Shown: positions 58,360-64,000 of the stretch, piece after piece
Numbering within the stretch: position 1 is the first letter of the stretch
Layout of the letters: every line of letters starts with the position of its first letter
Assembly (NCBI GenBank): GCA_029258795.1
Contig: JAPDKB010000008.1
Coordinates: 75,920-139,919 of the forward strand
Reading direction: 5' to 3'
DNA: 64,000 bases
Source: an archaeon
Lineage (GTDB): Archaea > EX4484-52 > WAPT01
Notes under the pieces: model-generated
Told to the model about the DNA's origin: nothing
What the model saw: only the letters and a program-made list of their open reading frames with translations
The model's database searches: none
Translations under genes and position numbers: made by a program

Positions 58360-59802
58360 GTGGTGATTCTAATGGACCTCTCAAAGCTCAAAAAGGTAAG
58401 CGATTACGAATGGGAAATTCCGAAGCATGGAGAGATGAATGTGCCGGGCAGAATTTTTGGAATGAGAAAAGTTGTGGAGGAGATGGATGAAAAGGTTTAC
58501 GAGCAGTGCAGCAATGTTGCATGCTTGCCCGGTATAGTCAGAGCTTCAATTGTCATGCCTGATGGCCACTGGGGTTACGGCTTCCCGATTGGTGGAGTTG
58601 CAGCGTTTGATCCCGATGAAGGAGGAGTCGTTTCCGTTGGTGGGGTGGGTTTTGACATAAACTGCGGAGTCAGAACCATGATTTCCAATCTCATGGAGGA
58701 TGATGTGAAACCAAAAATAAAAGAGCTTGTGGATGAGCTCTTCAGGACTGTGCCTGCTGGACTTGGTTCGAGAGGGGAGATTGTGCTGAGCAGGGCTCAG
58801 GTTAATGAAGTGCTTACAGAAGGAGCGAGATGGGTTGTGGAGCAGGGTTACGGAATGGAAGAGGATCTGGAATACGTGGAGGAGAACGGAAGAGTTGAGG
58901 GAGCGGATCCATCAACAGTTAGCGAGACGGCCATAAAAAGGGAGAGAGGTCAGGTTGGAACGCTTGGAAGCGGGAACCATTATCTTGAGGTGCAGGTTGT
59001 TGATGAGGTTTATGATGAGAAGGTTGCTAAAGCGTTCGGGCTCTTCAAGGGGCAGGTGGTCATAACATTCCACTGCGGCTCAAGGGCATTGGGACATCAG
59101 ATAGGTACGGACTATCTTAAAATCCTTGCTGAGGCATCGCGCAAGTACGGCATAAAGATAAGGGAGAAAGAGCTGGTTTGCGCTCCAATAAACAGCAAGG
59201 AAGGTGAGCGTTACTTCGCTGCTGTCTGCTGTGGCATCAACTACGCTTTTGCCAACCGCCAAGTTATCGCTCACCTTGCGAGAAAGGCCTTTGAGCGCGT
59301 GTTTCCGGGGGAGGAGCTCAAAACCCTCTACGATATAGGTCACAACACCTGTAAGGTGGAGGAGCACGAGGTTGACGGGAGGAAAAAGAAGCTCTACGTG
59401 CACAGGAAGGGAGCCACACGTGCCTTTGGCCCTGGCAGAAAGGAGCTTCCAGCCAAATACAGAGATGTCGGTCAGCCGGTTATAATAGGAGGGAGTATGG
59501 GCACCTCATCCTACATTCTGGTTGGTACGGAGGTTAGCATGGTCAAAGCATTTGGCTCAACATGCCACGGAGCGGGCAGGAGAATGTCAAGAACGCAAGC
59601 AAAGAAAAAGTTCTGGGGCCAGCAAGTTATAGAGATGCTTGCAGAGCGCGGCATTTACGTGAGAGCGCATTCCATGCCTGGAGTGGCGGAGGAAGCGCCC
59701 GATGCCTACAAGGATGTGAATGAGGTAATAGAGAGTGTGCATCACGCCATGCTCTCAACCAAAGTTGTGCGCTTGAGGCCGATAGGCAATATAAAGGGCT
59801 GA
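58360..59802 (+). CDS. rtcB: RNA-splicing ligase RtcB
   Basis: 480 aa. Conserved His/Cys metal ligands (GSMGTSSY, CHGAGR). Confidence 0.95.
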   Translation: MVILMDLSKLKKVSDYEWEIPKHGEMNVPGRIFGMRKVVEEMDEKVYEQCSNVACLPGIVRASIVMPDGHWGYGFPIGGVAAFDPDEGGVVSVGGVGFDINCGVRTMISNLMEDDVKPKIKELVDELFRTVPAGLGSRGEIVLSRAQVNEVLTEGARWVVEQGYGMEEDLEYVEENGRVEGADPSTVSETAIKRERGQVGTLGSGNHYLEVQVVDEVYDEKVAKAFGLFKGQVVITFHCGSRALGHQIGTDYLKILAEASRKYGIKIREKELVCAPINSKEGERYFAAVCCGINYAFANRQVIAHLARKAFERVFPGEELKTLYDIGHNTCKVEEHEVDGRKKKLYVHRKGATRAFGPGRKELPAKYRDVGQPVIIGGSMGTSSYILVGTEVSMVKAFGSTCHGAGRRMSRTQAKKKFWGQQVIEMLAERGIYVRAHSMPGVAEEAPDAYKDVNEVIESVHHAMLSTKVVRLRPIGNIKG

Positions 59803-59806
59803 TTTC

Positions 59807-61003
59807 ATGTCCAACTATGGAATTAAACTTCTGAAGGAGCTGATAAAGTTCAGAACTGAGAGCTTCAGCTACGATAAAAAGCTTGAGGAGGGTAAGGATT
59901 GTGCCGATTTCATTAAAAATGAGCTTGAGTCGCTCGGCTTCAAAACATCCCTTCTCTCCAAGCTTGAGGACAGGCCCGTTGTTGTTGGTGAGCTTGATTC
60001 TAATGCTAAAGAAACGTGCATAATAGTTACGCATTACGACGTTGTTCCTGCGGGAGATGGTTGGAGTGTGGAGCCGTTCTCTCCTGTGGTCAGATATGGT
60101 AAGATATTCGGGAGAGGGGCGAGCGATGATAAGGGCGGGATAGCTGCTTTCCTGCATGCCATGAAGGAGATTCAGGATGGGAAAGAGGAAATGGAATTCA
60201 ATGTGAGGTTCATCTGCACTGGTGATGAGGAGCTAGGCAGCCACGCTGGGCTGAGGTGGATCGCTTCCTCCAGCCATAAAAACCTGCTTGAAGGAGATGT
60301 TGCCTACATTCTGGATGTCTCCACCTCCTGCATAAGCGTTGGATGTTCGACCAGCGTTACAGGCATGATTGAGGTCAATGGCAAGCAGGGGCATGCCGCC
60401 TATCCTTTCAGATGTAAGAACGCTGCTGAGCACGCCATTCTCCTTGCTTCAAAGCTCATTGATTTTGGGAAGAGGGAAGGAGAGCATGTATCCTCCCGCT
60501 TCAAAGCCACTCCAAATCCTGTAAACAAGATGATATGGAACAGGTTTTCTGTCACAGTCCTCAAAAGCGGGGAAAAGCCGAATGTTATTCCGGGGAGAGC
60601 AACAATAAAGTTCAACTGGAGGTTGATTCCTGAAGAGGATTTTGATGAGAGGAAAAAGGAGCTGGAAAAGGAGTTTGAGGGGTGGAAAGATGAGCTCGGG
60701 GTTGATGCCTCTCTCGCTTTTAACGAGCCGTTTTTGGGATATGGGGTTGAGGAAGACAACAAATATGTTAAAAGATTGAAGGACGTTGTTGCTGATCTGG
60801 ATGCATCAAGAGCTCTGTGCGGGGTTGAGTTTGGTGCGACAGATGGCTCCTTCCTTCACCACATGGCTGGGCTTCCAGCCATAGGTTTTGGTCCAATGGA
60901 TGAGGACTGTAATTTTCACGGTGTGGATGAGTTCATGCGAGTGGAAACAATGACTCTCGTGAAACAAGTTCTAAAAAGGTTTCTGGCTAAAGATTTTGAA
61001 TGA
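59807..61003 (+). CDS. M20-family metallopeptidase (ArgE/DapE-like)
   Basis: HYDVVPAG, GRGASDDKGG and a dimerisation domain. Confidence 0.85.
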   Translation: MSNYGIKLLKELIKFRTESFSYDKKLEEGKDCADFIKNELESLGFKTSLLSKLEDRPVVVGELDSNAKETCIIVTHYDVVPAGDGWSVEPFSPVVRYGKIFGRGASDDKGGIAAFLHAMKEIQDGKEEMEFNVRFICTGDEELGSHAGLRWIASSSHKNLLEGDVAYILDVSTSCISVGCSTSVTGMIEVNGKQGHAAYPFRCKNAAEHAILLASKLIDFGKREGEHVSSRFKATPNPVNKMIWNRFSVTVLKSGEKPNVIPGRATIKFNWRLIPEEDFDERKKELEKEFEGWKDELGVDASLAFNEPFLGYGVEEDNKYVKRLKDVVADLDASRALCGVEFGATDGSFLHHMAGLPAIGFGPMDEDCNFHGVDEFMRVETMTLVKQVLKRFLAKDFE

Positions 61004-62250
61004 TGATTTCAGATCTCATTTTCTGGGGAGTGTATGCTCTCCTTACCTACTGTGCCGTCTTCCTGCTTCTCACTCTCCTTTCCAAAGCCAGAAAGATTGA
61101 GCTGAAAAAATGGGAGGACTGGCCAGCAGTAACTGTCATCATCCCCGCTTACAATGAAGAGAAAACGATTGCCAAGACCATAGAATCTGTGCTCAAGCTG
61201 GACTATCCGAAGGAAAAGCTGAAGGTAATCGTTGTGAACGATGGCTCGAAGGACAGAACTCTGGAGATAGCGAGGAGGTATGAGGAGAATGGGGTGTTGG
61301 TGCTCAGCCAGAAAAACAGGGGTAAGGCTGTAGCACTCAACCACGGGCTGAAACATGTTGACAGTGAGTTCTTTGCATGTCTTGATGCGGATTCTTTTGT
61401 GAGGAGGGACACGCTGAAGAAGATGATGAGATATTTCACAAGTGAGGAAGTGAGTGCTGTCTGCCCCTTAATGAAGGTCAACAACCCCAAGAATCTCCTG
61501 CAAAAGCTGCAGTGGCTTGAGTACATTCTCTATGCTTTCCTTAAGAAGATCTACGCAGCCATGAATACTGTGCACGTGACTCCCGGTCCGTTCAGCGTGT
61601 ACAGAACCAAGGTTGTAAAGAAACTCGGAGGTTTTGATGAAAACTCCATAGTGGAGGATCAGGAGATTGCGTGGAGAATGCAGAGACACCATTATACCAT
61701 AAGGCAGAGTATGGATGGAGAAGTGTTAACAAACGCTCCGAGAACACTGAAGGAACTGTATAGGCAAAGGAGGAGGTGGTATGTTGGCTCCCTCCAGACC
61801 ATATGGAAGTACAGAGACATGATTTTCAACAGGAGGTATGGGGATTTTGGAATGTTTCAGGCGCCAACACTACTGATCGGGGCAGCAATACTCCCTTTTG
61901 TTACGGTGCTTATTACCTTCAGATACATCGTGTATCCCGCTCTGAGAACATTATGGAATTGGTATCATGTGGGATTCAACATTTTACCTACTCTTCAAAA
62001 TCTATGGACCAAGACAAAAGCAATAAGCTTGCTTCTTGCCTATGATTATGGCAAGATATTTATTATTCTCTTCCTTCTTGTAATCAACATGTACTGGATG
62101 TACAAAGCTTACAGGGAAGCTGGAGAAAAACTTGAGATTTATTTTATCCCTGCTCTTGTGCTGTTTTTCCTTGCGTACTACGTACTGCTCAGCTTCATCT
62201 GGGTTGCTTCCATGATAAGCATGGTCAAAAAGAAGGGAAGATGGTGGTGA
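61000..62250 (+). CDS. Family-2 glycosyltransferase (processive, membrane)
   Basis: VIIPAYNEE, LDADSF and QRRRW motifs. C-terminal TM helices. Confidence 0.85.
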   Translation: MMISDLIFWGVYALLTYCAVFLLLTLLSKARKIELKKWEDWPAVTVIIPAYNEEKTIAKTIESVLKLDYPKEKLKVIVVNDGSKDRTLEIARRYEENGVLVLSQKNRGKAVALNHGLKHVDSEFFACLDADSFVRRDTLKKMMRYFTSEEVSAVCPLMKVNNPKNLLQKLQWLEYILYAFLKKIYAAMNTVHVTPGPFSVYRTKVVKKLGGFDENSIVEDQEIAWRMQRHHYTIRQSMDGEVLTNAPRTLKELYRQRRRWYVGSLQTIWKYRDMIFNRRYGDFGMFQAPTLLIGAAILPFVTVLITFRYIVYPALRTLWNWYHVGFNILPTLQNLWTKTKAISLLLAYDYGKIFIILFLLVINMYWMYKAYREAGEKLEIYFIPALVLFFLAYYVLLSFIWVASMISMVKKKGRWW

Positions 62251-62948
62251 GTTTGAGAAAGATTGAGAAGGAGAGGTACATTGCTGCTGGAGTTATAACA
62301 GCGTTCATCTTCCTCATGGGGATGCTTGTTGGATTGATGGCGGACATTCAAAAGGTGAATTACGCGGAAAGTGTCGTGCAGAGACAGGATGTTGAGTTCG
62401 AAAGCCTCCAGCTTCAGTATCTTTACCTTCAGTACCTTCCAAAGAAGGATGTATGTCCCGTGATAGGGAAGATTCTGGAGAACAATCTGAAGACGCTTCA
62501 GCCGATACTTGAGAAGTTGATAGAGTACGAGGAGAACAACAAGAAAGGGGGAGAGGAATACGATTTGCTAAAGAGAAAGTACATCCTTGCCAACATAAGA
62601 TATTTCGTACTTGCTGAAAAGAGCAGGGAGGAATGCGATGCTGATATAGTGACCGTGCTTTATTTTTACGATAAGAACTGCGGTGTTTGTCCGACGCAGG
62701 GCTTCATCCTGAGCCATCTAAAGAGCATCCTGCAGGACAGGTTTCTGGTGTTTCCTTTTGATGCCAGCTATGATAAGGAGCCCATGATAAACGTGCTGGT
62801 GACGCAGTACAACGTTACAGTTTTTCCCACTCTCGTTATCAACGGTAAAGAGCGGGTGGAAGGTTTCAGAACGGAGAAGGAAATACTTGAGCTTGTATGT
62901 CCTCTCTATAAGGAAAAACCGGCAATATGTGAAGGTGTTGAAGAATGA
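62241..62948 (+). CDS. Membrane-anchored thioredoxin-fold protein
   Basis: N-terminal TM helix. CGVCP (CxxC) and FPTLVINGKE. Confidence 0.55.
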   Translation: MVVSLRKIEKERYIAAGVITAFIFLMGMLVGLMADIQKVNYAESVVQRQDVEFESLQLQYLYLQYLPKKDVCPVIGKILENNLKTLQPILEKLIEYEENNKKGGEEYDLLKRKYILANIRYFVLAEKSREECDADIVTVLYFYDKNCGVCPTQGFILSHLKSILQDRFLVFPFDASYDKEPMINVLVTQYNVTVFPTLVINGKERVEGFRTEKEILELVCPLYKEKPAICEGVEE

Positions 62949-64000
62949 TAGATAGGTATGGTGCTTTTTTCATCGTTGTTCTTGTGTTTCTGTGCATTTC
63001 ATGGAAAGCTTATGCCCTTGTGGGAACACCGTGGTGGGATGAATGTGTTTATATGGGGCTTGCGAAGAACATTGTGGAGAGGCACGCATTCGAGATAAAT
63101 CTTTTTCATCAGGAAGCTTTCAGACCTCCGCTTTATCCTTTCTTGCTTGCAATCCTTTACCTTCTTTTCGGTTTCTCCATAAAGTTGGCATATCTATTCA
63201 ACCTGCTGATCGTGCTGATGGCATCATTCGTCATCTATGAGATTGCAAGAAGATGCTGGAATGATATCGTTGCGCTGCTTTCCCTTTTCCTGTTCTTTTC
63301 CTTCAGGGAGCTTCTGTTCTGGAGCACCAAAGCTCTTGCTGAGCCGCTGGAGATTTTGCTTGTCAGTGTCTTTCTTTTTGTCTGGATGTGCGTGGATGAT
63401 GAAAAGAAAAAGCTTGTGCTGCTTCCTGTTTCAACGCTCGCGTTTTTGTCAAAGTACACTCTGGGCTCGCTTTATCCGCTGCTCTTTATCCTGATCATGG
63501 TTGAAAATCGTGTCAGAAGCTGGCTGCTCTCGAGAAAGTTCTGGTACAGCGTGATAATCTCCTTTTTAATTCTTCTGTCCTGGATGTTTCACAGCATCGC
63601 GGTTTACGGCAGTCCTGTTGGTTCTGCAACCTACAATCTCCACATAGTCAATGAGATTACCGAGCAGAAACCCTGGAACTACTATTTTCTCAACTTCTAC
63701 AACATTTTCTGGATACACGGTCTGATCTTTCTGGCTGGAGCAGCTTACCTCATCTACAGAAAAGATAGGGAGGTAATTGCTCCGATTTTATGGTTCGTGC
63801 TTTACTTCCTGCTGATGAGCTTCATTGTGGGTGAGAAGAACTACAGGTACCTGCTTCCTCTTTTGCCTTCTGTGGTGCTGGTGTCAGCTAGGTTTATGGA
63901 GAGGATGGGAAGTTCAAATGGGATGATGAGGGCGGTGTGCCTTACACTTATTGCCTGTATCTTCGTTTCTTCATTAAGTTATGCTGTGTCCGTGGCCTAT
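62945..64000 (+). CDS. GT-C-fold membrane glycosyltransferase (ArnT/PMT-like), partial (runs off window)
   Basis: Polytopic; the first loop has an acidic/aromatic WWDECVYMG motif. No stop within the window. Confidence 0.55.
   Translation, partial: MIDRYGAFFIVVLVFLCISWKAYALVGTPWWDECVYMGLAKNIVERHAFEINLFHQEAFRPPLYPFLLAILYLLFGFSIKLAYLFNLLIVLMASFVIYEIARRCWNDIVALLSLFLFFSFRELLFWSTKALAEPLEILLVSVFLFVWMCVDDEKKKLVLLPVSTLAFLSKYTLGSLYPLLFILIMVENRVRSWLLSRKFWYSVIISFLILLSWMFHSIAVYGSPVGSATYNLHIVNEITEQKPWNYYFLNFYNIFWIHGLIFLAGAAYLIYRKDREVIAPILWFVLYFLLMSFIVGEKNYRYLLPLLPSVVLVSARFMERMGSSNGMMRAVCLTLIACIFVSSLSYAVSVAY

Noticed and set aside
1-64000. CRISPR arrays, IS elements, integrases
   Set aside because: No regularly spaced direct repeats, transposase motifs (DDE) or integrase signatures were found on either strand.

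Overview
Archaeal chromosomal segment of about 45% GC with dense coding on both strands and short intergenic spacers. Roughly 95 coding regions and five tRNA genes are supportable from the sequence. Housekeeping genes include Alba, thermosome, FEN-1, a PriS-like primase, Lhr helicase with metallophosphoesterase, RtcB with archease, aEF-1beta with its Zn-ribbon partner, pyrB/pyrI/pyrF/pyrH, archaeal-type SAM synthetase, MTA phosphorylase, an HPS/PHI pair, CobA, HDAC-like, HIT, HAD, thioredoxin, beta-carbonic anhydrase and superoxide reductase. A 14-gene Mbh/Mrp-type membrane-bound [NiFe] hydrogenase cluster (41.5-49.5 kb, minus strand) sits next to hypA and hycI, has a fused NuoC-NuoD catalytic subunit, and carries a uridylate kinase gene inside the operon. 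All five tRNA genes (Glu-UUC, Arg-CCU, Arg-GCG, Leu-CAA, Ser-GGA) contain introns, four at non-canonical positions (T-loop 59/60, D-loop); tRNA-Leu has two, and the T-loop introns share a conserved sequence. This points to an intron-rich (Thermoproteales/TACK-like) archaeon. The accessory content comprises five linked items. First, a run of class-III-signal (pilin-like) genes at 1-2.1 kb plus an A24 prepilin peptidase at 20.7 kb. Second, a 30.2-33.9 kb locus with two paralogous secreted fibre-like proteins (one frameshifted), a bacterial-type signal peptidase I and an embedded HepT/MNT toxin-antitoxin pair. Third, an m4C-type DNA methyltransferase with an uncharacterised downstream partner. 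Fourth, an AT-rich islet at 38.6-40.0 kb. Fifth, a GIY-YIG remnant. No CRISPR array or IS element was seen. Coordinates for hand-curated items may be off by 1-2 nt.
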